DNA of 56,655 bases, counting the filler, from an uncultured bacterium (GTDB lineage: Bacteria > Latescibacterota > UBA2968), in the NCBI GenBank assembly GCA_964471275.1. It is 2 parts of 2 records of this genome, joined end to end, with 100 filler letters (N's around TTAATTAATTAA, not from the genome) between each part and the next. Parts side by side here need not be neighbours in the genome. Positions count along the whole stretch, not along the records: positions 1 to 28,344 come from CAYYGZ010000027.1; positions 28,445 to 56,655 come from CAYYGZ010000028.1. The stretch is one strand, 5' to 3'. The translations under genes and the position numbers were made by a program. This document shows, piece by piece, positions 20,301 to 28,505 of this stretch (position 1 is its first letter; each line of letters begins with the position of its first letter). Under the pieces are notes generated by a model that was not told where the DNA came from, made no database searches, and saw only the letters and a list, made by a program, of their open reading frames with translations.

Positions 20301-20505
20301 GCCTGTTCTGGCAACGGCCGTCACGGATGCGACAGGGCTCATCCCGATGGCCATATCGACGGGCGTCGGCTCCGAAGTCCAGCGGCCGTTGGCGACCGTG
20401 GTCGTGGGTGGTGTGCTTACGTCGACGGCCCTTACGCTCTTCGTACTTCCGCTCCTGTTTGCTCTGTTCCGCGGTAGGGGAGATCAAGGGGTGGATGGGT
20501 CGTGA
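17398..20505 (+). CDS. czcA: CzcA-type heavy-metal efflux RND transporter (divalent cations)
   Basis: 1035 aa; LPVDAFPD, TM4 AIDFGIIIDGSVV, EVATDPMG, QPIEMR, EVQRPLATVV. Confidence 0.92.
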   Translation: MLGRLVEYAVRNQLVVLLLFGCGAAAGTWALMKLPVDAFPDTTPVQVQINTVAPALGPEEIEQQISLPVELSIGGLPGLVDVRSVSKFGFSQVVVTFDDDTEITVARQYISERINAVALPDGIERPQLGPISTGLGEIFHYILRSDDPGRSLESLRTLHDWVIKPELRKVPGVAEVNSWGGDVRQYHVVVSPEALIKYGLTLDDVFAALEANNRNVGGGVITSGGWSQLVQGVGRVSSLEEIEAVVIASRGGNPVHVRDVAEDVRIDREIRRGAVTADGRGEVVLGLAFMLMGENGKAVTERLRDQLEDVRPYLPDDTILEVVYARTELTRSVIRTVEHNLAAGAVLVILVLLVLLGNLRAGFLVALVIPASMLYAVLGMYEFGMVASLLSLGAIDFGIIIDGSVVMTEANSRSLLERAQELGRSLTPTERLETIVASGREMARPIAFGIGIILIVFLPILTLEGIEGKMFKPMAWTFMFALLAALVIALTLSPVLSSIFLPERDNERRDLVSRWVVPYYGRLLDFATCHRVGVLCGVAVLLALTGFQATRLGGEFIPRLSEGAVTVNTIRLAGVSIEESVAYNTRIERILRSVFPNEVRHVWSRIGTAEVATDPMGTELTDIFVSLTPRSEWTRASSQADLVAAMQEELADLPGLNMVFTQPIEMRLNEMISGIRSDLGIKIFGDDFDELVRISDDIQRVLLRVSGQSDIAADQLTGQPLLRVVVDPASLGRHGVPAGHVLEFVEAVGGHHVGEIYEGQRRFDLVVRLPDTYRTNSRLLERLPVSTESGQQIPLRMLASVQDTTGVSTITREWGRRVMRVQCNVVGRDVSSFIAEARERIVAEVALPPGYIIEWGGQFENLERARNRLALVVPVTLLLVFFLLLLSLKRIRDVMLIYTGIPFALVGGVFALTLRGMPFSVSAAIGFVALSGIAVLNGQIMITAIRGFLDRGLGPQEAVRGAAMQRLKPVLATAVTDATGLIPMAISTGVGSEVQRPLATVVVGGVLTSTALTLFVLPLLFALFRGRGDQGVDGS

Positions 20506-20801
20506 TCTAGGCCAGTGTGCACCCGTCGTCCACTCCTCACGGTCAGGACAGCCGACAGAGATGCGCTCTTCCAGACGGTCGCTGATGGATTATAGAGGCG
20601 GCGGGGCGATCTGGGGATAGGGCCTTAAGGAAGTTGCGAAAAAAGGCGAAGTGGAGGTGTTACCCGCGGGATTCGCCTGGCCAGACTTCCAGGAAGTAGA
20701 GAAGCCGCGGGCTAAGCATACGGCTTTCACTCTCCACAGATTCCTCGTTTCTGCGAGAACGTGCAATTGGTATGCTGGTTTCGGCAGCAGGTCTCCCTTC
20801 G

Positions 20802-21029
20802 ACTGGCGCTCGGGGTAGCCTCCCCCTTGGCCTTTGTGCATGAGTAAAGGGTCGCAACATTCTGTAGCGACCCTCTTTCGTTTTTATGGCTCCCACCTTC
20901 GTGCTTCGGTGCCCGTGCGGGCGGCATGGCTCCTCTCTACTGACGCTCAGGGCGTGCTCCCCTTGACGTTTCTGCATGAATAAAGGGTCGCAACTTTCCG
21001 TCGCGACCCTCTTTCATTTTTATGGCTCC
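20802..21029. repeat. Imperfect direct repeat (about 90 bp, period 136 bp) of the tRNA-Asn 3' end and terminator
   Basis: Copies at about 20802-20893 and 20939-21029, each containing AAAGGGTCGC..GCGACCCTCTTT and ending TTTTTATGGCTCC. Confidence 0.85.
20981..21014 (-). terminator. Terminator hairpin downstream of tRNA-Asn
   Basis: AGGGTCGC / GCGACCCT stem followed by TTTA on the minus strand; second copy at about 20845-20878. Confidence 0.6.
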
Positions 21030-21098
21030 GGCGGCAGGGCTCGAACCTGCGACACAGTGGTTAACAGCCACTCGCTCTGCCAACTGAGCTACGCCGGA
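21023..21098 (-). tRNA. tRNA-Asn(GTT)
   Basis: 76-nt cloverleaf TCCGGCG...CTGTTAA...TTCGAGC...CGCCGGAGCCA with encoded CCA. Confidence 0.97.
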
Positions 21099-21121
21099 AG
21101 ACCTTGAATCCAAGTAGTTCA

Positions 21122-21150
21122 ACTATACAAGAAGCACCTGGACCGGTCAA
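21122..21150 (-). promoter_or_regulatory. Sigma70 promoter for tRNA-Asn
   Basis: TTGACC-N17-TATAGT on the minus strand. Confidence 0.65.
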
Positions 21151-21245
21151 GATCTAATTGGTAAACCGTGCTCACACTTGAGTTTATCGGCATTTACGAT
21201 CCTCGGTTGAGCGATATCTCCGGCCACTTGTTAGACCTCAGGCTC

Positions 21246-21714
21246 CTAGGCATCGAGTTTGTCCATCAGGGGCGCCAGGGCTGACAGGGGAGAGGGAATC
21301 GGATCAGACTGTTCATATGCTGCGTGTGGCATCGGACACCCTTACGGTCTCGACAGGTGACCTGGCCGCTTCAAGATCGGCGAGGTCGCCTGTCGTGATC
21401 TCTGTCATCACGGCCTTTTCTTCGTCCGTTACCAGACTCTCGGCCTCGTCGACTCCCTGGAACTTGAGGAGCTCATTCCTTACGGCCGGGGCGTAGTTGA
21501 GTATGGCCGGAAGCCCCGGCGGGCTGAGGTCGAAAGTGCAGGTATGGCACGGTGTAGTGAGGGACTGGACAAGCTCCGAGAAATAGGTCTAATGTACCTA
21601 TTCCAGATTCACATCCGTCACGTGCTGGTTTCTCTCGGTGTGGTGTTCTTCAATCAACACCGAAAGCTGCTTGTGGATTCGTTCGAGCTTGCGGACCTGC
21701 GTCTTGTCCGGCAT
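21246..21714 (-). pseudogene. FliM middle-domain (CheC-like) paralogue with in-frame stops
   Basis: MPDKTQVRKLERIHKQL...DVNLE*VH*TYFSELVQSL...DLADLEAARSPV; aligns by eye with the neighbouring paralogue. Confidence 0.6.
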
Positions 21715-21779
21715 CACGCCTCTTCTGGTTGGTCGGTATACCGCTCGAATTCATCGATTTCTAACAATACAGCACCAGA

Positions 21780-22330
21780 TCAGGCGAGTTCAGGAGCGAT
21801 CGACCCGAGCGTCTCGTCCAAGGGGTTGGAGATCTCGACCAGCCCATTCGCGTGCGGGAAGTGGACTTCAAACGCCAAAAGATTCACACACGTGGAACGT
21901 TCCAGCACACTGGCCAGCGAGTCCGGGTTGGTTTCCACTTCTGCATCCTCTCCCTTCACCTCTACGACCGGCGACCACATCGCTTCGATATCCGCCAGAT
22001 CCAGCTTGAACACCTGGTTCATGGCGCTGCACTGGTCCTCGGTCATCTGGCCGTCCGGCTTCGATTCGGTGGCATATTCAATCAGAACATAGGCAATCGG
22101 AGGCGAGTAGCTGAGGATGACGGGACCCAGTGGGGTCATCGTGAAGGTATAGCTGACGGTCAGATCGCCCAGTGACGTGATCACTTCGTCGAATGTGGTC
22201 TGATCGACAAACGGATGTCCACATCTGCTACCGGTCCGTTGTGCTCGGTGTAGTGCTTGTGCATCGCTTGCGCGAGGCCCTTGTGTAGCGATTCGATCTT
22301 CCTCACCTGATCTTTGCTCAGTGTTATTTC
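21780..22330 (-). pseudogene. FliM middle-domain (CheC-like) protein with a frameshift
   Basis: LSKDQVRKIESLH...DVDI, shift near 22213, then FVDQTTFDEVITSL...IEAMWSPV...ETNP...FEV, matching FliM-M motifs. Confidence 0.65.
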
Positions 22331-22411
22331 TGCCTCCCTGTAGATGGGTCACATATGCGTCTATCCTTTGGAGGACACGACGTGGTGTCTGAATCTACAA
22401 CTGAAACCGGT

Positions 22412-22440
22412 TTGACAGCAACTGGACGGGCATCTATATA
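22412..22440 (+). promoter_or_regulatory. Putative sigma70 promoter for the GDPD gene
   Basis: TTGACA-N17-TATATA. Confidence 0.5.
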
Positions 22441-22497
22441 AGGGTGAAAGGCGTTTCAGGTTCCAAAAGAGAAGGAGAGGCGTTCAGGCAAAGCACT

Positions 22498-23325
22498 ATG
22501 CAGATGAGAGCGAAGAAGGTGGGGATGCGGCGGCGGATCAAGCGGAAGGCTATCAGGCGGCTGCGGCAGAAGGATGGCGGGGGATTGTTGACGCCGCTGC
22601 AGAGGATTGCTCACCGGGGGGCGAGTGGGGAGGGGTTGGCGCCGGAGAACACGCTCGTGGCTTTCGAAAAGGCGATTCAGATCGGCTGCGACACGGTAGA
22701 GATCGATATCCATCTGACCGCAGACAATCACGTCGTCGTCATACACGACCGGGCGGTGGACCGGACGACAGATGGCAGCGGTCCCGTGGACACGATGACC
22801 TTGGACGAGATCAAGGAGCTAAGTGCGGGAAGCTGGCGGGATAAGGAGTTCGCCAGCGAGAAGATACCGACATTGGAAGAGACGCTCGATCTGATCGGGT
22901 GGCGAGCGCTGCTTCTGATCGAAGCGAAGACGGAGGAGGCGGCGGAGAGGGCCGTTTCGATCATCCGGGCGCAACGGGCCCAGTCACGTGTGGTGATGCA
23001 GTCCTTTCTTGGTCCGGCTGTACGGACGGTGAACCGACTCGACCGCCGGATACCGACAGCATTTCTGATGACCGACGGTGAAGCCGTGCTGAGACGCAAG
23101 ACCGGGGCAGTGAACCGTGTTCTGAAGCTGGGAGCAAATGCCCTGGCGCTGAAGTATACGGCAGCCACGCCTGACCTTGTGAATATGTTCATCAGTCGCG
23201 CTATGGGGATGTGGGTATGGACGGTCGATAACCCTGACGAAATGCGCGAGATGATTGAGATGGGAGTTGGCGGGATTATCACCAACTATCCGGATCGGCT
23301 GAACAAGGTCATAGCCGATATGTGA
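22498..23325 (+). CDS. Glycerophosphodiester phosphodiesterase (GDPD/UgpQ-like)
   Basis: IAHRGAS, PENT, EIDIH, IHD, IEAK, WTVD, ITNYP; start uncertain. Confidence 0.92.
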   Translation: MQMRAKKVGMRRRIKRKAIRRLRQKDGGGLLTPLQRIAHRGASGEGLAPENTLVAFEKAIQIGCDTVEIDIHLTADNHVVVIHDRAVDRTTDGSGPVDTMTLDEIKELSAGSWRDKEFASEKIPTLEETLDLIGWRALLLIEAKTEEAAERAVSIIRAQRAQSRVVMQSFLGPAVRTVNRLDRRIPTAFLMTDGEAVLRRKTGAVNRVLKLGANALALKYTAATPDLVNMFISRAMGMWVWTVDNPDEMREMIEMGVGGIITNYPDRLNKVIADM

Positions 23326-23437
23326 TCGGCTGGAGAGACGACTCAAAAGGACACAACGATTCCTCTCCCTTTCACGAGAGAGAGCACGCACCAAGCGCAG
23401 GCGGGGTGGCGAGCGCCTCTCGATCCCATAAGAAGCA

Positions 23438-23465
23438 AGGGCGGTCGGTTCAAACCGATCGCCCT
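23438..23465. terminator. Stem-loop downstream of GDPD
   Basis: AGGGCGGTCGGTT / AACCGATCGCCCT inverted repeat; no clear U tract. Confidence 0.45.
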
Positions 23466-23988
23466 CATTGCGTACCCGTGCAGGCCTACGCCCTCTCTGG
23501 CTGGCAGGGGTCACCAGATCGGTCTGACGATGGGAGGCAGCAGAAGTTGGACAAGCTCATCTGCTCTGGATGCACCGATCGTTTTGGGCCCAGGCAGAAG
23601 ATTGTGGGTTGCTGATTCTTGTGTGGGTGAGCCCACCTGACTTAACCACAAACCGACGGCGATGGCTGTTGGCTGTCGGACCGCATGGATTCCTCACCTC
23701 GCGCTATACTCGTTGCCGGATGAGTTGTGGTTGCACGTCGCGACTCGCAACCCCAGTGCCGCTTATGCTTGCTCCCTCGGAATGACGTTGATCGGTTTTG
23801 TGAATACTTCAGGTAGAACCCCAATTCAGGAACGTCTGGTCCGTCTGTTCGGGGTCGACCGATATGTGAGTTGACCGTATCTTCGTAGCCGATGTTGTCC
23901 ACGACGACGAGTCGTGTTTGTGACTCTCGGGCCGGAAGCTGTGGTATCCGAGTGCTAACCCGATGGCAATTGCGAGACCAGTAAAGGA

Positions 23989-25278
23989 GTGAAGATGGCG
24001 GGTGTGGCTGAGCGGGTGGAAAGGAAGCTGAGAAGAGCGTGTCGGATTGGCGACATCGAGCTACCGGGCGATTTTGTCCTACCGTCTTACGACGGCTATG
24101 GTCTTGCGAATGTGTCCCCGACGGTGCTGAAGCATTTCGGTGCGAAGATCGAGACACCAGGACTCGCCGATGAAGTGGTCGGGAAGCACCTGAACGGGGT
24201 AAAGAAGGTCGTTGTCGTGCTTCTCGACGCCTGCGGCTATCTACTCTTGAAGCGCATCGTCGACCAGGAACCGGACCATCCGATCCGGTCGCTCCTTCGA
24301 TCCGGTCGATTGACGCCCCTGACCTCCGTCTTCCCTTCGACTACTGCGGTTGCGCTCTCTACACTGCACACCGGTCTGCCACCGATCAGTCATGGGATTA
24401 CGGGATACCGAATGTATCTCCCGGACCGGGGTGTGCTGGCGAACATGATTCGGCTGAGCCCCGAGTCCGATGAGCGACCCCGGCGCCTGATCCGGCATCG
24501 CGACGGGGCCAGGAAGCTGATCGGTGTGAAGACCATCCACGAACGGTTGGCTGAGAAGCGAGTGAGAAGCACGTGCCTGCTGCGGAAGGACATTGCGCGG
24601 TCCGGTCTGTCGGAAATGCACTGCACCGGGGCGAATGTCGTGCCGTTTGTGAGCGCTCCGGATATGTTTGTGACGGTCCGGAAGCTGCTGACGCAACGCA
24701 GCCCGGCAAAGCGATGTGTCTGGGCTTACTGGGATGCGCTGGACACGATTCAGCATCAGTATGGTGTGTGGCAGGAGGAAGGAGAAGCGGAACTACGCGC
24801 ATTCGCGACGGCGATGGCTCGTGAGCTGCTCGCGCCGCTGCGGCGGGCGAAAGAAAACGTCACAGTGATCCTGACCGCCGATCACGGGCAGGTTCAGGTG
24901 AACAGGCGGGACGTGTTCGAGCTGAAGTCAGTGGCGGGTACGGATGAAGCGCTTGTCGTGCCGCCTTCGGGCACAAGCCGCGCGGAGTATCTGAATACGC
25001 AGGACGCGGAGTGGATCGAACGGCTGCGGAAGAAACTGGGGCAGAAGGGGTGGGTCCTGCCGTCACGAACGGTCGAGGAGGCAGGGCTCTGGGGGCACGG
25101 GCGCCGTAGACGAGAGTTCAGAGGTAGGATAGGAGACCAGGTTGTGCTTATGAGCGGGAGGAGAGTGGTCTTCTATCCGTATTACGAAGGCGCTGATCCT
25201 GCACACATTGTGGGGGGACGTCACGGTGGGCTGCACGAAGAAGAAATGCTGACACCGTTTGCGATCACAAGTCTGTAG
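23989..25278 (+). CDS. Alkaline phosphatase superfamily protein (type I phosphodiesterase / nucleotide pyrophosphatase)
   Basis: VLLDACG, FPSTT nucleophile, DTIQHQYG, TADHG, GRHGG. Confidence 0.85.
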   Translation: MKMAGVAERVERKLRRACRIGDIELPGDFVLPSYDGYGLANVSPTVLKHFGAKIETPGLADEVVGKHLNGVKKVVVVLLDACGYLLLKRIVDQEPDHPIRSLLRSGRLTPLTSVFPSTTAVALSTLHTGLPPISHGITGYRMYLPDRGVLANMIRLSPESDERPRRLIRHRDGARKLIGVKTIHERLAEKRVRSTCLLRKDIARSGLSEMHCTGANVVPFVSAPDMFVTVRKLLTQRSPAKRCVWAYWDALDTIQHQYGVWQEEGEAELRAFATAMARELLAPLRRAKENVTVILTADHGQVQVNRRDVFELKSVAGTDEALVVPPSGTSRAEYLNTQDAEWIERLRKKLGQKGWVLPSRTVEEAGLWGHGRRRREFRGRIGDQVVLMSGRRVVFYPYYEGADPAHIVGGRHGGLHEEEMLTPFAITSL

Positions 25279-25549
25279 GCCAGCCTCAATGTTGCAGCGG
25301 GCTCTAGCTCGGAGACAAGAGAAACACGGAAGACAGACCCCCGCCATCGCAAGAAAGGAAAAGGGCTGGCAACCTTTACTGACGAGCCCAGCCCCGTGGT
25401 CCTTCCGATTGATTGCCGAATCTACTCGGTCATTGTGTCCGGATCGACATCGTCAGGGTTGCCGATCGGTGCATAGATAACCGTGTCATTTCGTACCATA
25501 AAGATGGACGATTCGGTATCGTTCTGGAGCTTCGTGGACAGATCATTGA

Positions 25550-26584
25550 TCCGGATCGAAACACTTGATTACGCTTTTTTTCTGACGGTTACGTGTGCGT
25601 CCGGGATCTTCTTCCCAAGCGCGTCGTGGATCTTGGCGCGTTCCTTGAGCAGTTCCTGATGGACCTTCACAATCTGCCCGAGTTGGCGAGTATCTTCCGC
25701 TTCGGCCCCTGGGCCGCTGCCAGTCGTTTCTGTATCTGCCCCACATCCAGTGACATCATCCCGAACCGATCGAGGAGTTGTTGAATCTGCTGGTTTCCGG
25801 TCTCGATCTTCCCCGTCAGGTCGTCAAGCTTCTTGCCGTGCTCCAGATCGAGTCCCGTGTTGAGTACTGTGTATGTGCCCGTGGGGAGCCGACCGTCGAT
25901 AATTCCATCCCGCGCAGGGCCCAGGACTGGCCGCCGGAGATACTGCCGCTTCGGGAATCGTCCGTCTTCTGGACCGTGATCGAGAGGATCTCATCGACGT
26001 CGACGAGCTCGGCCTCGCCATTTGCACCGATTCTAACCACAGTGCGAGTCGTCTAAGGCTATGCCCCCGATACAGATGGTCCTGCTTCATTCGTCTCGGA
26101 TCGACGCGCCGATAACGGAAGGGAGATTGGAGAGCCCGTTGAAGAAACTGTTGATCTGGTCTGTGTTGACATCCCAGAGCGCCTGTGCCAGGCCGGGACC
26201 GAAAGAATCGTGGATCAAGCTCAGCTCACGGGTGGCTTCACTCTTGATCCGGCGGTACTGCAGCGTGAAATCCAGAGCTACGAAAACAGCACCAAAAAGC
26301 AGGTAGGCAGCGACGGCACGGATCAGAAGTTGGCGGGTGATCGAGGTTGTCTGTGCGTTCTTTTCCATAGATCTGTGGGGACACTCCAGATACGATTTTC
26401 GGATTCGCTCGACCGTTCCATCCGCCCGAAGCGCATCGAGCGCCTCCTGGAGGACATCAAGCACCTTCTGGTCGGTCGGTTTGTGGGATGCGTAACCCAC
26501 GTTCGACTCTTTGTCCCTGTGCGATACACCGGCCGGAGGCGTAAAGGTGACATCGATACAGGCCAGATGCGCCTGGCAGAACAT
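25550..26584 (-). pseudogene. Fragmented substrate-binding protein C-terminus plus membrane sensor (TM, periplasmic, HAMP-like) remnant
   Basis: EALDALRADGTVERIRKSYL, TM LFGAVFVALDF, LAQALWDVNTDQI, then stops and frame changes; boundaries approximate. Confidence 0.45.
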
Positions 26585-26836
26585 TCGGTGCGATCAGCGC
26601 CCGGCAATATAGCTACCAGGTATCCAAGAAATCAACAGGTTGGAGGAACACTGAGACCGGCGAGAGATCGCCCGAGAAGCGCTGTAGCTCGCGTCCTGAA
26701 CTCGAGCTTCAAAGCAGTGGCGCAATCGTTAGATGTCCGCTCTCCGCCACGTGGTGAGTAGGCCAATCGCACGAGATCCTTGTGGACTTTCTGCCGGTGA
26801 CAGCAGGTAGAAGCAGGACGGTTTCGCGTGTTTCAG

Positions 26837-26865
26837 TTGACGCAAATTTCGAGAACTGCTATATT
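26837..26865 (+). promoter_or_regulatory. Sigma70 promoter for tadA and downstream tRNAs
   Basis: TTGACG-N17-TATATT. Confidence 0.65.
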
Positions 26866-26913
26866 CGCACGTCTCGTAAGGCCCTGATTTAGCGGCAACT
26901 TCCCCCATAATTT

Positions 26914-27384
26914 ATGTGTGTGGACTCTCTGGACATCGATCGACATGCGATGGGCCTCGCGCTCGAGGAAGCAGAAAAGGCCGCAGCGCTTGACGAGGTC
27001 CCTGTTGGGGCAGTCGTGATTCGGGGGGGGGAGGTCGTAGGCCGGGGTCATAATCTGACTCGGACGAACCAGGATGCCACCGATCACGCGGAAATGGTGG
27101 CGATCCGAGATGCATCACGGGCGCTGGGCACCTGGTGGCTGGAACACTGCTCTTTGTATGTAACTTTGGAACCTTGCGCGATGTGTGCGGGGGGGATTGT
27201 ACTGGCTCGCTTCGATCGGCTGGTGTTCGGTGCCACTGATCCAAAGGCTGGAGCCTGCGGGTCCCTGCGCAATATTGCGGCAGATTCAAGACTGAACCAC
27301 CGGGTCGACCTGGTGGGAGGGGTGATGGCCGATGCCTGTGGCAACATCCTGCGATTGTTCTTTGAAGAAAAACGCAAAAAGTGA
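26914..27384 (+). CDS. tadA: tRNA adenosine(34) deaminase
   Basis: EVPVGAV, HAE, TLEPCAMC, DPKAGA, LNH motifs. Confidence 0.93.
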   Translation: MCVDSLDIDRHAMGLALEEAEKAAALDEVPVGAVVIRGGEVVGRGHNLTRTNQDATDHAEMVAIRDASRALGTWWLEHCSLYVTLEPCAMCAGGIVLARFDRLVFGATDPKAGACGSLRNIAADSRLNHRVDLVGGVMADACGNILRLFFEEKRKK

Positions 27385-27444
27385 AGCGCGAGACCGGGGG
27401 GCGGTCATTGTTGCCCTTTACCGTCTGCCCTTTCACTGCCTTTT

Positions 27445-27537
<93 letters not shown>

Positions 27538-27554
27538 ATAGTCCAGAACGATGT

Positions 27555-27564
27555 NNNNNNNNNN
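27555..27564. other. Scaffolding gap (10 N)
   Basis: N run between the two tRNA-Ser genes. Confidence 0.95.
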
Positions 27565-27630
27565 ACGATGTCGACAGAGGACAGCAGGGGGGCACTGTCT
27601 TTTATCATCTGCCCTCCGTCGTTTGAATCC

Positions 27631-27720
27631 GGAGAGATGCGGGAGTGGTTGAACCGGCTTGATTGGAAATCAAGTGTGTCTGTACGGGCACCGGGGGTTC
27701 GAATCCCCCTCTCTCCGCCA
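27631..27720 (+). tRNA. tRNA-Ser(GGA)
   Basis: GGAGAGA acceptor, anticodon loop TTGGAAA, long variable arm, ends GCCA. Confidence 0.96.
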
Positions 27721-27793
27721 GATAGATTGATGAGGGATGACTGAGGATAGAAGATTGAAAGGCACACCTTCAATCTTCAATCCTCTGTTTTTG

Positions 27794-28162
27794 ATGCCAA
27801 AAGAGATCCAGATTACTGTAGGCGACGTTGTCCTCGAGGCTGAGCTGAACGAGTCAGAGACAGCGAACCAGGTTTGGGATGCACTCCCTCTCAAGTCCGA
27901 CTACAATACGTGGGGAGACGAGATTTATTTTGCGATCCCGGTTTCCGCAGGGCCTGAGAACGGTGTCGAAATTGTTGAGCTTGGTGATCTTGCTTACTGG
28001 CCGCCAGGCAAGGCATTCTGCATATTCTACGGCAGGACACCGGCCAGCAATGGCGATGAGATCCGACCGGCCAGCGCCGTTAACCCGTTGGGCAAGGTAC
28101 ACGGGGACGTGACGCAGCTGAAGACGGTCGGCAGCGAGACGATTGAAATATCGAAGATGTGA
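27794..28162 (+). CDS. Cyclophilin-like fold protein (DUF369/TM1367-like)
   Basis: ALPL...WGDEIYF...GDLAYWPPGKAFCIFYG.TP. Confidence 0.85.
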   Translation: MPKEIQITVGDVVLEAELNESETANQVWDALPLKSDYNTWGDEIYFAIPVSAGPENGVEIVELGDLAYWPPGKAFCIFYGRTPASNGDEIRPASAVNPLGKVHGDVTQLKTVGSETIEISKM

Positions 28163-28268
28163 AGATGTTCTGCCTGCTGTCTGGGTGCGAAGTGCGATGT
28201 CACTACGATGGCCGGCGTCCGATATGACATCTTCTTTCACGAATCTTCACATCCTCAATCAGATATGT

Positions 28269-28344
<76 letters not shown>

Positions 28345-28444
28345 NNNNNNNNNNNNNNNNNNNNNNNNNNNNNNNNNNNNNNNNNNNNTTAATTAATTAA
28401 NNNNNNNNNNNNNNNNNNNNNNNNNNNNNNNNNNNNNNNNNNNN
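28345..28444. other. Artificial contig-joining spacer
   Basis: N44 + TTAATTAATTAA (stops in all six frames) + N44. Confidence 0.97.
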
Positions 28445-28505
28445 TGTATGGTATCCTGGCAGAGGAGCACGCATCCCCGGTCCAGTAGGGGTGACCTCCT
28501 CGGGG

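Noticed and set aside
20802..21029. CRISPR array
   Set aside because: Only two long diverged copies, tied to a tRNA end, with no cas genes
21585..21602. Two in-frame TAG codons as evidence of stop-codon recoding
   Set aside because: Intact genes such as gltA and ppiC end in TAG, and the same pseudogene also has TGA stops
23470..23980. Hidden gene or ncRNA in the long GDPD to phosphodiesterase gap
   Set aside because: No recognisable protein motif or convincing RNA structure found by eye
23989..25278. PglZ/BREX defence component
   Set aside because: Single alkaline-phosphatase-fold domain with no brx/pgl neighbours
28345..28444. TTAATTAATTAA palindrome as a biological site
   Set aside because: It is flanked by equal N runs and is a standard six-frame-stop contig linker
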